DNA of 64,000 bases, from positions 1,760,001-1,824,000 of the forward strand of contig OY760907.1 of the NCBI GenBank assembly GCA_963664195.1, read 5' to 3'. Numbering within the stretch: position 1 is the first letter of the stretch; every line of letters starts with the position of its first letter. Below, in pieces: positions 1-9,968 of the stretch. The notes under the pieces are model-generated. The model did not search any database and was not told where the DNA came from. It worked only from the letters and a program-made list of their open reading frames with translations. The stretch is from an uncultured candidate division Zixibacteria bacterium (GTDB taxonomy: Bacteria > Zixibacteria > MSB-5A5 > GN15 > FEB-12). The position numbers and the translations under genes are program-made.

Positions 1-2645
1 AAATGGAAACCGCCGCCCTCGCTCTCGACATTCAGCTTGTCGAAATGCCCCTCCGAGGAACCGAACGTCAGCACATGGAACGAATCCCCGACCTTTGGCT
101 CGAATCCATCGACCAGCGACACGTTCAACGCGCCGCCCAGAGCGAGATCCGAAGTGACCTGGATCCTGTCGTACTCTTCAGGTCCCCCCAGTTGAATTTC
201 CAGTACCGAGGCTGGGGCAGCCGTCAAGTCTCCCTCGATCTCAAGACCCCCGATATCTTCGCCGGGGAAGAGGCTGCCCGAATTAGTGAACCCGGCCTCA
301 ATCAACCTGATCTTCCCCTGTCCGCCAACGACTCCCCCGCGATCGTTCTCAAACAGCCCCGTCGCCATCGACAAAACAGCCTCAGAATCAACCCGGATAT
401 GTCCGCTGGTAATGAACGTCCCCCCGGAGGCGGCAACTTCAAGCCGTCGATGCTGTGCAATCGTAATCGTGCCGCTGTTCTTGTGATTAGCATCCTCGGC
501 ATTGATCAGCAAGTCGCGAGCATCAACAGTCAGATTGCCGCGATTGTCAAGTGCCGCCCTCAACGTGTGAGCGCCGTCAGCCTCCGATCCACCACTCGTA
601 ATCGAACCCAGATTCAATATCTTGCCCGACTCGACAACACAGGTTGCCGTGCCTGCCGAGTTGCCCGCACGCACGCCGACCAGTTCCAGTCGCCCGGCGT
701 TCGTGAACCCGGAGGCACATGTCAGCACGGCGTCATCGGTCTCGCCACCGCCGACAATCTCCAGTGTTCCGTGCGTGCGGTTCTCAAAGTCGCCGTTGAT
801 GGCACACTTCCTGCGCACGTCTATCAGTCCAATATTGTTGCGAAGGTCGGCGTTGATTTCGCTCGATACCAGGCTCAGGTGCCCCTCGTTGATTATCGCT
901 CCCGGCCCGTTGAGGACGGCGTTATCCAGAATGAACATCGTCTTATTGGTGTGATCTGCAAACAGGGTAGCGGTCACGCCATGTTCAAACAACACCGTCC
1001 CACGGCTTGTTACTTTTCCTTCAAACACCGTGAAACTGCCCCCCGCCACAGAGAGCGTGGCCTGATCGTCTATCTCGATTGTCCCCGAAGTCGAGAAACT
1101 CGAAGGCACTTCTGCGCGGTTGTCTATGCGGAGTTCCCGGTTGCCGGCGACAGAAATTGTCCCCGCATTGCTGTGGCTTGACCCTTCGCCCTCAATAGTC
1201 AGCCCGCGCAGGCTTACCACCAGATTACCGTTATTCACCAACTCGCCGGCCAGGCGATGATGCGCCGTGCCCCCATTGCCGCTGCTGTTAATCGCGCCAT
1301 TGTTGACCAGTGATCCGGATGCAACGACGCACGAGGCCGTTCCGGCCAGACCGTCGGAGTCATCTCCCCACAACTGAATAGTCCCGTCGTTTGTGACACT
1401 CTGGGAGAAACGGACCGAGGCGTCACCGTACAGCCAGCTGCCGACAATTGTCAGACTCGCGTCGTTGCGATTTTCAAACTGACCGTTGATCCTGTTGGTT
1501 GATCGTGCCTCAATGCTGTTTCTGCGATTTATGATATCCGCATTTACGGTCACGTCTTCAAACTCTATCCGCCCCTCGTTGATCAAAACTCCCGGGCCGT
1601 CTATCTCCGATCTGTACCACCTGACCGTTGAACCGACAGCAATCTGAAAATCAGCAGCCAGGGTTACCCGTGTGTTATCGCTGAACTCAATCCTGCCAAG
1701 ATTTGCGACCCGGCCCCCGTTGTACTCAAACCCGCCGCCGACCACTGACAGCACTGCGCCGGAATCTATGTCGATCTTTCCATTCGTGCTGAAGCTGGAG
1801 ACAGAAGAAGGCATCTCCACCAGCAGGCTCTGACCCGGCGCGACCCGAATCGACCCGCTGTTGACATGATTGGCTCGCACTCCTGCCAATTCCAGGTTGC
1901 TGCCCGTTACTTGCAGACGACCCCGATTAATCAACTCCGCCTCGAGACGGTGAGTTAATCGGGGGCTGGTTCCTTCGACACGCAACGTTCCCTCGTTAAC
2001 GAGCGATCCCGAAGTCACCACAATGCTTGCGGTGCCGGAAGTGTCCCCGGAGTGATCCCCCTTGAGAAGCACTACGCCGCTGTTTGTGAAACCGGAGGAA
2101 ATCGTCAGCGACGCGTTTCCCGCCGTGTAGTCTCCACTGACTTCTACTATACCTTCGGAGGTGTTCGTAAACGACCCCGTGACAGCGCACCGACGGCGCA
2201 CGCGCATCCGGTTACCGTCGTTTACGAGTCCCGTCTCGATGCGACTGTTGTCAATGTCCAGCCATCCGCCGTTTACCAGACGCCCTTTGCCGCCGAGCGT
2301 GCTGCCTCCTCGAAGCACCATAGTACCCGGACTGTCGATACTGCCGGCCTCTAAGATATCCAGTCGGTGACCATCGATCGAGAGCGTTTGTTTTCCTGAT
2401 TTACCCCCCAGCGTCAGGTTAGCTACGACAGTATTGATGTCGAGACTGACCGTGTAGAGGCCACTGAGGGTGATAGAAACATTATCGCTATCACCCGGCA
2501 CCTGAGCGGGTCTCCAGTTGTCCGGATTGCTCCACACGCCTCCGCTTTGGTTGATCCAGGATATGTCGGCGCCGTAGCCGCTTACAGCCAGGGCCGTGAA
2601 GAAGAGGAGGAGTGTAAATACTATTCCGTTAGCACGTTTCGCCAC
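1..2645 (-). CDS. Large secreted Gly/Asn/Thr-rich beta-strand-repeat protein (autotransporter-passenger/adhesin-like), runs off the window start
   Basis: Missing from the ORF track because it has no stop in the window. GTG at 2645 follows GGAGGA; signal-like N-terminus (AKRANGIVFTLLLFFTALAVSGYGA) then DISWINQSGGVWSNPDNWRPAQVP; same frame open at spot checks near 1200 and 60. Confidence 0.8.
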   Translation of the reverse strand, partial: MAKRANGIVFTLLLFFTALAVSGYGADISWINQSGGVWSNPDNWRPAQVPGDSDNVSITLSGLYTVSLDINTVVANLTLGGKSGKQTLSIDGHRLDILEAGSIDSPGTMVLRGGSTLGGKGRLVNGGWLDIDNSRIETGLVNDGNRMRVRRRCAVTGSFTNTSEGIVEVSGDYTAGNASLTISSGFTNSGVVLLKGDHSGDTSGTASIVVTSGSLVNEGTLRVEGTSPRLTHRLEAELINRGRLQVTGSNLELAGVRANHVNSGSIRVAPGQSLLVEMPSSVSSFSTNGKIDIDSGAVLSVVGGGFEYNGGRVANLGRIEFSDNTRVTLAADFQIAVGSTVRWYRSEIDGPGVLINEGRIEFEDVTVNADIINRRNSIEARSTNRINGQFENRNDASLTIVGSWLYGDASVRFSQSVTNDGTIQLWGDDSDGLAGTASCVVASGSLVNNGAINSSGNGGTAHHRLAGELVNNGNLVVSLRGLTIEGEGSSHSNAGTISVAGNRELRIDNRAEVPSSFSTSGTIEIDDQATLSVAGGSFTVFEGKVTSRGTVLFEHGVTATLFADHTNKTMFILDNAVLNGPGAIINEGHLSLVSSEINADLRNNIGLIDVRRKCAINGDFENRTHGTLEIVGGGETDDAVLTCASGFTNAGRLELVGVRAGNSAGTATCVVESGKILNLGSITSGGSEADGAHTLRAALDNRGNLTVDARDLLINAEDANHKNSGTITIAQHRRLEVAASGGTFITSGHIRVDSEAVLSMATGLFENDRGGVVGGQGKIRLIEAGFTNSGSLFPGEDIGGLEIEGDLTAAPASVLEIQLGGPEEYDRIQVTSDLALGGALNVSLVDGFEPKVGDSFHVLTFGSSEGHFDKLNVESEGGGFH

Positions 2646-2870
2646 AGAGCATCCTCCGTTGCCGGATGTTTGCCTCCAGAATGTTCTACGTTGACGGATA
2701 CGCAGGCTGTTTGCCTTCTGGATATCCGCCGCGCCAGCGGTCGTCCGAAATTTCTGTTTCGAGCCGTTCACAGACTTACATACAGTCTCGAAACCCGCTC
2801 GCAACGTATTACCTTAAAGGAGGGGATACAAGATTGAACATCTCAGACTTCAAGCACACGGAGGCATCGT

Positions 2871-3311
2871 ATGGGGCTGGCCATCAAATGCGTTGAGTAT
2901 TACTACACGACTGTGGACGACAAGCACGGCAAGGCATACTGGCTGCTGGAACACCTTCGCCAGCAAAGAGTCAACCTGACCGCGTTTACCGTTTTTCCGC
3001 TCGGCGGGAATCGCTCACAGATGGATTTCGTCGCCGATAACACCGAAAACCTGCAATCCGCCGCCAGCGCTGCGGGCGTACAGCTCACCGGTCCGAAACG
3101 CGCGTTTCTCGTCCAGGGGAAGGACAATGTCGGGGCAATAGTCGAACTGCACCAGAGACTCTCACAATCCGGTATCGGCGTGCACGCGGCCAGCGGGGTC
3201 AACGACGGCGAAGGCCGATTCGGCTACGTCTTCTGGGTGAAACCCGGAACATTCGACAAAGCCGCCGCCGCACTCGGCGTTTCCGGTAAGGTTCATGAAC
3301 CCGTCCCGTAG
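2871..3311 (+). CDS. ACT-domain-like small protein
   Basis: GGAGG RBS; two beta-alpha-beta-beta-alpha-beta-like halves (VDDKHGKAYWLLEHL / GKDNVGAIVELHQRL). Confidence 0.65.
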   Translation: MGLAIKCVEYYYTTVDDKHGKAYWLLEHLRQQRVNLTAFTVFPLGGNRSQMDFVADNTENLQSAASAAGVQLTGPKRAFLVQGKDNVGAIVELHQRLSQSGIGVHAASGVNDGEGRFGYVFWVKPGTFDKAAAALGVSGKVHEPVP

Positions 3312-3638
3312 ACTGCGGCGTGCCAACTACGCGTGAACCGGGAGCCCTGGCGGATTGTTCTACTGAATACACAGATTGCCGGTAGAGTAAGCTCTACGGC
3401 AGGAGAGATGTCCCCGGGGGCAGAGTCCTTGGCCATTAATACCAGCTTGTGGCAGAGCTCGAAACTGAGCGCTTCCAATGTGATCTTTGCCCCCGCGGCC
3501 TTCTGAGATGTTCTTCCCTACCCGCACTACCCTCACCTCTCGCAATATGCTATATTGGCCAGATTCAATCGTACTCGCACAATGAGGACAAAACGGCCAA
3601 TGCCGGGACCAGCACGACAATCCGATACTCGCTCCAGA

Positions 3639-5699
3639 ATGCGAATTGCCCCAGCCCTTGCTGTTTTCGCTTTCCTGTCGTTCCTCTTCGTGATATCCGC
3701 ACAGGCTGTCCCGCCCACACCCGATGCCATCGAGCAATGGACCGCCGAAGGAATGCTCGATCAGAAACTCGCCGAGTGGCAGCAGACCGACAATCCTCCG
3801 GAGATACCTGCCGGCATCCGCCTTAATTTCCGCTCGCGCCTTTCGCTTAGTCCCGCCGCCGATCCGGTCGACACCGTCCGCGTTCTCACCATCCTGGTCG
3901 ATTTCACCGACTGGCCCGCATCCGGACAGGATGTGTTCGCACAGCCCTCAGATTTTGAGACCCTCCTTTTCTCTCGCCGGGGAATCGATTCTGCACACAA
4001 TCCGACCGGCTCCATGACCGAGTTCTTCCTCGAAAACTCCTGTGGACGTATGCTCATTCTCGGCGATGTCTTCGGTTGGTACCGAATGCCGCACACCTAC
4101 GACTGGTACATCAACGACAACGATGGCTACCCCGGCCAAACGTTTGTACTCGCCGAGGACGCCGTCGATGCTGCCGAGGCGGCCGGAATCGACTTCGGCC
4201 AATATGCAAACGGCGATGCCTATGTTGACGGTGTAATCGTAGTCCACTCAGGCCCCGGCGCCGAAACCGGCCAGTACGGCCTCTGGTCGAATACGAGCAC
4301 GATGCGTCAGCGGCACTACGATGGCGTCCATATCTGGCACTACACGATGAACCCCGAGGAATTCGAGGGACACATATCGACAATAGGTGTTTTCGCCCAC
4401 GAATGGGGACATATTCTTGGTGCGCCCGACATGTACAATCTCGATTTTGACACCCCCGGCAATGAACTCGGAGCCTGGACCCTCATGTCTTCCGGCACCT
4501 GGCAGGGAATCCCGCAGGGATCGCGACCGACTCATCTCGATGCCTGGTCCAAGAATCAGACGGGATTGGCGGACATTGTCTGGATCGACGAAAACTCTCC
4601 CAACACAGAAATCCCACAGGCGGAACACAACCCGATCATTTACGGCCTGAAAGACACACCGTCCGATCCTTACTCCGAGTACTGGCTGATTGAGAACCGC
4701 CAGCAGGTCGGGTTCGACCAAAGCCTGCCAGGCGGCGGTCTCCTCATCTACCATGTCGTTCCCGCCGGTCGGACACAAGAAGGATACGACTACTGGATCG
4801 CACTTGAGCAAGCAGACGGCCTCGATCAGCTTTCATACTCAAAACAAACCAACCCCGGCGATCCCTGGCCGGGCGATACCGACAATCGCAACTTCACCGA
4901 GTTTACCGTGCCGGACGCCTTGACTTACCACGGTGCCCCGACCGGGGTTGCCGTAAAAAACATCTCGGATTCCGACTCTCTCATGACTGCAGATCTGGAA
5001 ATCGAGTATTCCGTGCCGCGTATCCGATTCGCTGACACCAGCGCCCCGGTCAGATTCGTCGATCCCATGCCCGACGGAAACGGCAATGGTCTCCCTGAAG
5101 CGGGGGAGAGAGTAGAGGCGTACTTTCAATTCGCCAATCCCTGGCGCACGGTCTATTCGCCGGAGATTTCGCTCTCTGCTGATCTGGCTGAACTGGAGTG
5201 GGGCGAGTCAAGCGTGCAACTGCAAAGCGCCAGTCTTGGGCCTTCCGGCCAATCCGGTAATGTCGAGCCGATTGTGTTCACGATACCGCCCGATCTCGAC
5301 TCGACTCCCGTGGAGTTCACTGCATCACTGATTGCCGACTCACTTCCCCAATCAGATGACAATGCGTTTCATGCCGAACTGACATTCCAGTTGATGATTG
5401 GCCCCCAGGCACTTCCACAAACCTACCGGCTTCACCAGAACTACCCCAACCCGTTCAATCCTTCGACAACGATCGCCTTCACAATTGAAGGACTGTGGCG
5501 AGTCGATGCTCCAGTCCCCACTGTTTTGACCGTCTTCAACGCGGTCGGTCAGCAAGTTGCCGTGTTGGTGAACGAACCGCGCAGCCCGGGACTCCACGAA
5601 GTAAAATGGAACGCCGGTGATCTGGCCAGCGGCGTCTATTTCTACCGCCTCGAAGCAGGCAGCTTCACGCAAACGCGAAAGATGATCCTCGTCAAGTAG
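3639..5699 (+). CDS. Secreted M6-family (immune inhibitor A-like) metalloprotease with C-terminal T9SS-A/FlgD-type sorting domain
   Basis: Signal peptide MRIAPALAVFAFLSFLFVISAQA; VLTILVDFTD; zinc motif HEWGHILGAPD; EYWLIENRQ; tail LHQNYPNPFNPSTTI...ASGVYFYRL...KMILVK. Confidence 0.9.
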   Translation: MRIAPALAVFAFLSFLFVISAQAVPPTPDAIEQWTAEGMLDQKLAEWQQTDNPPEIPAGIRLNFRSRLSLSPAADPVDTVRVLTILVDFTDWPASGQDVFAQPSDFETLLFSRRGIDSAHNPTGSMTEFFLENSCGRMLILGDVFGWYRMPHTYDWYINDNDGYPGQTFVLAEDAVDAAEAAGIDFGQYANGDAYVDGVIVVHSGPGAETGQYGLWSNTSTMRQRHYDGVHIWHYTMNPEEFEGHISTIGVFAHEWGHILGAPDMYNLDFDTPGNELGAWTLMSSGTWQGIPQGSRPTHLDAWSKNQTGLADIVWIDENSPNTEIPQAEHNPIIYGLKDTPSDPYSEYWLIENRQQVGFDQSLPGGGLLIYHVVPAGRTQEGYDYWIALEQADGLDQLSYSKQTNPGDPWPGDTDNRNFTEFTVPDALTYHGAPTGVAVKNISDSDSLMTADLEIEYSVPRIRFADTSAPVRFVDPMPDGNGNGLPEAGERVEAYFQFANPWRTVYSPEISLSADLAELEWGESSVQLQSASLGPSGQSGNVEPIVFTIPPDLDSTPVEFTASLIADSLPQSDDNAFHAELTFQLMIGPQALPQTYRLHQNYPNPFNPSTTIAFTIEGLWRVDAPVPTVLTVFNAVGQQVAVLVNEPRSPGLHEVKWNAGDLASGVYFYRLEAGSFTQTRKMILVK

Positions 5700-5716
5700 C
5701 CCCGACGCTACGTTCC

Positions 5717-5810
5717 GTGGGCGGCAGACGTGTCGTCGGCCCGTGTTGCCCACATGAATCGGCTCTCGTGGCGTGGACCCGCGCTACAAGACTGAGAAAC
5801 CCGACATCCG
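5717..5810. repeat. REP-like palindromic intergenic element
   Basis: GTGGGCGGCAGAC recurs inverted at ~59299-59311 and with mismatches at ~57777-57788; GAGAAACCCGACATCC recurs nearly identically at ~16466. Confidence 0.5.
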
Positions 5811-5811
5811 G

Positions 5812-8800
5812 CTACAACTCATCCGTTTGATCACGACGGTCGCGGCGGTACAGCTTGTGGTACAATTCCTGGGCATCGTATTCAGAGGACATTCCGTCAA
5901 CGATATCCAGAAACGCCTTCTCCAACTCGTCATTTCCACGACAGTAGCGAGCCAGCTTTGCCATGACTTCCTTCTTTTCGTAGTCGGAGTCCATCCGTGC
6001 CACTACCTCCAAAACATCCAGCACCAACCGGTCATCGACATCACTGCTGCTGATTAGCTCGGTCAGGACTCGCTTGGTCTCATAGTCGGAGTCCATGCCC
6101 TGCAGTGCCTTGAGATAGGCCACACGCGCCTCGGGATGCTTCCCGGCGCACTCGGACAGGTCAACCAGCAGCTCCGCCATTTCGTACGATGAGTTCCGTT
6201 GCCCGACACCATCGAGCAACTGTATGACATACTCCTGGTCGGTATCACAATCGTACGGTTGCGATGTCACCACGCGATGATACTCGTAGTCACTGTCGAG
6301 CGACCCTGCTGCATCTATGACGAGGTATTTCAATCCTTTGTCGCCGCGGGTCCGATCCGACAAGTCGATTAGCATTTCGGCTTTTTCGTAATCGGAATCC
6401 ATATCGCCGATCAACAGAATATAGTTCTGCAGGGAGGATTGGCTCATCTTCTGACGGCCGCTCATCCCTTCCATAGCCCGGCGAGTTTCGTAGTCCGAGT
6501 CCAAACCGGCGATCGCCTTCAGGTATGCCTGTTGCAACTCGTCGTTGTCGTCGACATACGGCGCCATACCGATCAGCAACTCCGCCTTTTCGTAGTCCGA
6601 ATCCATCCGACCGGCCATTTCAAGTACAGCGATCATCGTTCTGTCATCAACACCCTTGTCGAGCGACATGTGCGACAACACACGACGCGTTTCGTAATCG
6701 GAGTCAAGCGCCCCGACCGCCTCAACAAACTCCGCAAGCAGTTCCTCGTCGGCTTCAGCCCGTTCCGCAACGCCGATCAGCAGTTCAGCCATCTCGTAGT
6801 CGGAATCAAGAGCACGCCGCGCGGCTCGGAGTACCCCGATGAAATCTTCGCTGTTCAAGTCATGGTTTCTGATCAGGGTTTGAAAATACAGGTTCTTGAC
6901 CCAATCGGAGTCAATCTCACGGATCTCCGCCAGAACACCATCGACGCCATCGGCCTTGTAGAATCGTGCCACTCGAGCCTCAACTCCGATTCCAGAGTGT
7001 CGAATGATCTCCGGAAGGATCTCGGCCAGCCACTCACGGCCACCATCCTCAAAATCCACAGCCTTGCGATTAACGTAATAGCCGTAGTCTAGTCTGCCGT
7101 TATCGAGCGGTTCAACTTCGAGCTTGCGACGCTTGCCGCCAACCTTCTCACTGAGCTTCAGATAGCCGTCTTCGGACAGAGACTTGATGCTTCTGTCATC
7201 ATCGCTGAATTCCACATCACCGTCAATCGTGATGCTCGTTTTGCGCCGACCTTCATTCCAGGTTGTGGTCGTTGTGCCACCGTCGTTGGTGCTCCGGATG
7301 AAACTGCCCTCTGAGACATCGTCAATGATGTTCCCAAACCAACGGATCGGACCGCCGCCGCGTTCGTCGTCATTATCAAAAAACGCCGCCCATTGATCCA
7401 GGTCGTCGCTGCTGCTTAGCACCAGCCGATTGAGCGCAGCCGAGGGAACAGACGGTACAGATGGTACATCTGGAACAGCCGGAACCCAGGACACCGAAGG
7501 CATAGACGGAACTGCCGGCACATCGGGTACCGCGGGGACTCCCGGCGCATCCGGCAAACGCACCCACGAAGACTCTTCGGCCAGACGCGGGACAGGGGGA
7601 TCGCTTCTTTTCTGCTCTTCTTCGACCGTGACGAACGCCGACACGACAGTTTGACTCAATTGCGAGTATGTGGTCGGCGAGATCGGCACTGCCACCACCG
7701 GAGCAACCTGTATTGCCACCACAAGGGTAACGCCGATCATCACGAGCGCACAGGCCAATCGCGCTCTCGATACTCGTGGGCCGCGTCCGTACCCTTTGCC
7801 GAGCAGGCGCTCAAAACGACGGAATATCTGTTTCTTCCCGGTCAATGCTCCCGGCACCAGCGAGGTGCCAGTTCCCGTCGTCAACTGCACCAGCCGCGTG
7901 AGGCAGTTGTAATACTCTTTCGGTTTGCCGGTCTGCGCCATTGCCATTTCGTCGCAGGAGAGCTCACGTTCCAGGTCCAGTTGTCTGCCGATCCAGCGTA
8001 CAGCCGGGTGAAAAAACAGCACCGCCTCGACAATCTTCTGGCAAAGCAGCGCCCAGTCATCGTAACGACGGATATGCGCCAGCTCATGGAGTACCACCGC
8101 CTCGATTTCTGCCTCGCTCAACTCATTGATAAGTTCCTCCGGCAGAAGAATAGTCGCCTTGCCGAGTCCGGCCGCCACCGGACGATCGATCTCGGCAGAG
8201 GTTGCGATCGTCACGGGACGCTTTAATTTCTCAGATTCAAGCATCTTGCCGACACGACCAAGCTCGTAGAACGCCAGCGGCGACGCGTTGCACTTGATTC
8301 TTGCCATAGCTTGGAACGCGAGCCAGAGACGCAACACCAGCCACCCGCTCACAAAAACCCAGAGACACACCAGCGCCAGCGGCACCATACCTACCGCGAC
8401 CGCTCCGATCGAACGTATCTGGCTCCGCTCGTCCCCGCTTGTCTCCCCCTGTGACCGCCGGGGTTCCACCCCCGACGATGGCGCTGCCGCACTTATCGTC
8501 TCCGGGGCCGCACCGCTGGCGGGGCGATTGGTCACCTCGACAGGCTCAATGTGACTCAGCCTTGCTCTCTGCGCCGTGCTTCGCCTCGGGCGGTCGTCGC
8601 TTGCAGTTTGATCGTCTCTCAGAAAATCAAACGCAGAACCGCCCATCAAAAAAGGCAGCGCTACCACGACTACCATTGAAGTACACCAGACCGCATACCG
8701 GGTCGCCGCATTTGTTCCTCTGGCTATCCTTCCACTCAACCAGACAAGTCCGGTCAACAGTAGTCCCAGCCAAACGCCGTTCAGGGCCAGTCCAACGCCG

Positions 8801-8841
8801 TCGTAAGAGACATCGTTAACGAAGTTAAAAAGTGATTCCAT
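5812..8841 (-). CDS. M56-family (BlaR1/MecR1-like) membrane metallopeptidase with Pro/Val linker and C-terminal helical repeat domain
   Basis: NAATRYAVW, HELAHIRRYD, FFHPAVRW, ERELSCDE motifs; directly downstream of a BlaI-family gene; ~11 DSDYE-type repeats. Confidence 0.9.
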   Translation of the reverse strand: MESLFNFVNDVSYDGVGLALNGVWLGLLLTGLVWLSGRIARGTNAATRYAVWCTSMVVVVALPFLMGGSAFDFLRDDQTASDDRPRRSTAQRARLSHIEPVEVTNRPASGAAPETISAAAPSSGVEPRRSQGETSGDERSQIRSIGAVAVGMVPLALVCLWVFVSGWLVLRLWLAFQAMARIKCNASPLAFYELGRVGKMLESEKLKRPVTIATSAEIDRPVAAGLGKATILLPEELINELSEAEIEAVVLHELAHIRRYDDWALLCQKIVEAVLFFHPAVRWIGRQLDLERELSCDEMAMAQTGKPKEYYNCLTRLVQLTTGTGTSLVPGALTGKKQIFRRFERLLGKGYGRGPRVSRARLACALVMIGVTLVVAIQVAPVVAVPISPTTYSQLSQTVVSAFVTVEEEQKRSDPPVPRLAEESSWVRLPDAPGVPAVPDVPAVPSMPSVSWVPAVPDVPSVPSVPSAALNRLVLSSSDDLDQWAAFFDNDDERGGGPIRWFGNIIDDVSEGSFIRSTNDGGTTTTTWNEGRRKTSITIDGDVEFSDDDRSIKSLSEDGYLKLSEKVGGKRRKLEVEPLDNGRLDYGYYVNRKAVDFEDGGREWLAEILPEIIRHSGIGVEARVARFYKADGVDGVLAEIREIDSDWVKNLYFQTLIRNHDLNSEDFIGVLRAARRALDSDYEMAELLIGVAERAEADEELLAEFVEAVGALDSDYETRRVLSHMSLDKGVDDRTMIAVLEMAGRMDSDYEKAELLIGMAPYVDDNDELQQAYLKAIAGLDSDYETRRAMEGMSGRQKMSQSSLQNYILLIGDMDSDYEKAEMLIDLSDRTRGDKGLKYLVIDAAGSLDSDYEYHRVVTSQPYDCDTDQEYVIQLLDGVGQRNSSYEMAELLVDLSECAGKHPEARVAYLKALQGMDSDYETKRVLTELISSSDVDDRLVLDVLEVVARMDSDYEKKEVMAKLARYCRGNDELEKAFLDIVDGMSSEYDAQELYHKLYRRDRRDQTDEL

Positions 8842-8843
8842 CT

Positions 8844-9227
8844 CTACACCTGCTCACTTTCCTTAATCATCTTCTTGAGACGTTCAGCTTCTTCCGGACT
8901 CAGATCCTCATTCTCCAGTATGTTGAGCATCAGCAATTCGGGAGAGTCGTTGAAGAAACTCTGAACCATGTGCCGTACTGCTTTGCTTCGCGCCTGCTGA
9001 CGGGTCACCAGCGGGGAATAGACATGCGCACGGCCGTCTTTGGTGTGTTTCACATATCCCTTCTGCTCTAGAATGCGCATGGTCGTCAACACCGAATTGT
9101 AGGCGGGACGGTTCGAGGAGGGGAGACCTTCGACAATCTCGCTAACGGTAGCTTCCCCTTTGTCCCAGACGACATCCATAAGGCGTAGCTCTCCGTCGGT
9201 CAGGGTAGGAGCTTTTTTTCTGGCCAT
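8844..9227 (-). CDS. BlaI/MecI/CopY family transcriptional repressor
   Basis: LTDGELRLMDVVWDKGEATVSEI...AYNSVLTTMRILEQKGYV...GRAHVYSP; co-oriented with M56 gene. Confidence 0.93.
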   Translation of the reverse strand: MARKKAPTLTDGELRLMDVVWDKGEATVSEIVEGLPSSNRPAYNSVLTTMRILEQKGYVKHTKDGRAHVYSPLVTRQQARSKAVRHMVQSFFNDSPELLMLNILENEDLSPEEAERLKKMIKESEQV

Positions 9228-9248
9228 AATGCCAAACCTCTCATTAGC

Positions 9249-9320
9249 TCTTAAACAATTAAGACTAGCAATACTACTGTATACGAGAGATTCTTGAAGA
9301 GTTCTACTAATTAATTAGTT
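9249..9320. promoter_or_regulatory. Probable BlaI-family operators (two AT-rich palindromes)
   Basis: TCTTAA-acaa-TTAAGA at 9249-9264 and perfect ACTAATTAATTAGT at 9306-9319, upstream of the repressor; this family is typically autoregulated. Confidence 0.6.
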
Positions 9321-9462
9321 TTTTGCGGTTTTTTGTCCTCTTCTCCAGTCCGCGTACGGGGGGGGACCCAAATCCCCCGCAAATTCATGGTGATTCCTGC
9401 AACCCGATGTTGTACATTGAGGGTATCAGACGATACCAGAATCAAATAACCGGGGACCAGGT

Positions 9463-9939
9463 ATGACCGAAAAACAGTGGAAAATCTATCTCTCCGGCGA
9501 GGTCCATTCCGACTGGCGCGAGAAACTGACTGCCACGACAGAAAAGTCCAACCTTCCGGTCACGTTCTTTTCACCGATTACTGATCACGATGCCTCCGAC
9601 AACTGCGGCGTCAGGATCCTCGGCGATGAAACAGAGCCGTTCTGGAAAGACCATCAGGGGGCCAGTCTCAACGCCATTCGCACCCGCACCTTGATAGCCG
9701 ACTCCGACCTCGTGATTGTCCGCTTTGGCGAGAAGTACCAGCAGTGGAATGCCGCTTTCGATGCCGGTTACGCTGCCGCCCTCGGTAAACCGCTGATCAT
9801 TCAGCACAGTCCGGAGCACATTCACGCCTTAAAAGAGATCGATGCCGCCGCGTTGGCCGTCGTCGAGACAGACGAAGGCGTAGCCAGCATTCTCAGGTAT
9901 GTAATCGCGGGCGAACTGCCTGCCGCGTCCGAACAATAA
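9463..9939 (+). CDS. ytoQ: YtoQ family protein
   Basis: IYLSGEVHSDWRE, PITDHDASDNCG, NAIRTRTLI, RFGEKYQQWNAAFDAGYAAALGKP. Confidence 0.88.
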   Translation: MTEKQWKIYLSGEVHSDWREKLTATTEKSNLPVTFFSPITDHDASDNCGVRILGDETEPFWKDHQGASLNAIRTRTLIADSDLVIVRFGEKYQQWNAAFDAGYAAALGKPLIIQHSPEHIHALKEIDAAALAVVETDEGVASILRYVIAGELPAASEQ

Positions 9940-9968
9940 ACAGCAAAGCCCAAACAAGAGATTACCGC

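Noticed and set aside
3..1181. 392-aa plus-strand ORF
   Set aside because: Antisense shadow of the minus-strand secreted protein; Arg-rich with no motifs.
2620..2700. GGCAAAC-ATCCG-GCAA-CGGAG-GATGC resembling c-di-GMP-I riboswitch P1
   Set aside because: Lacks the GCAAA linker and a convincing P2, which would fall inside the coding region.
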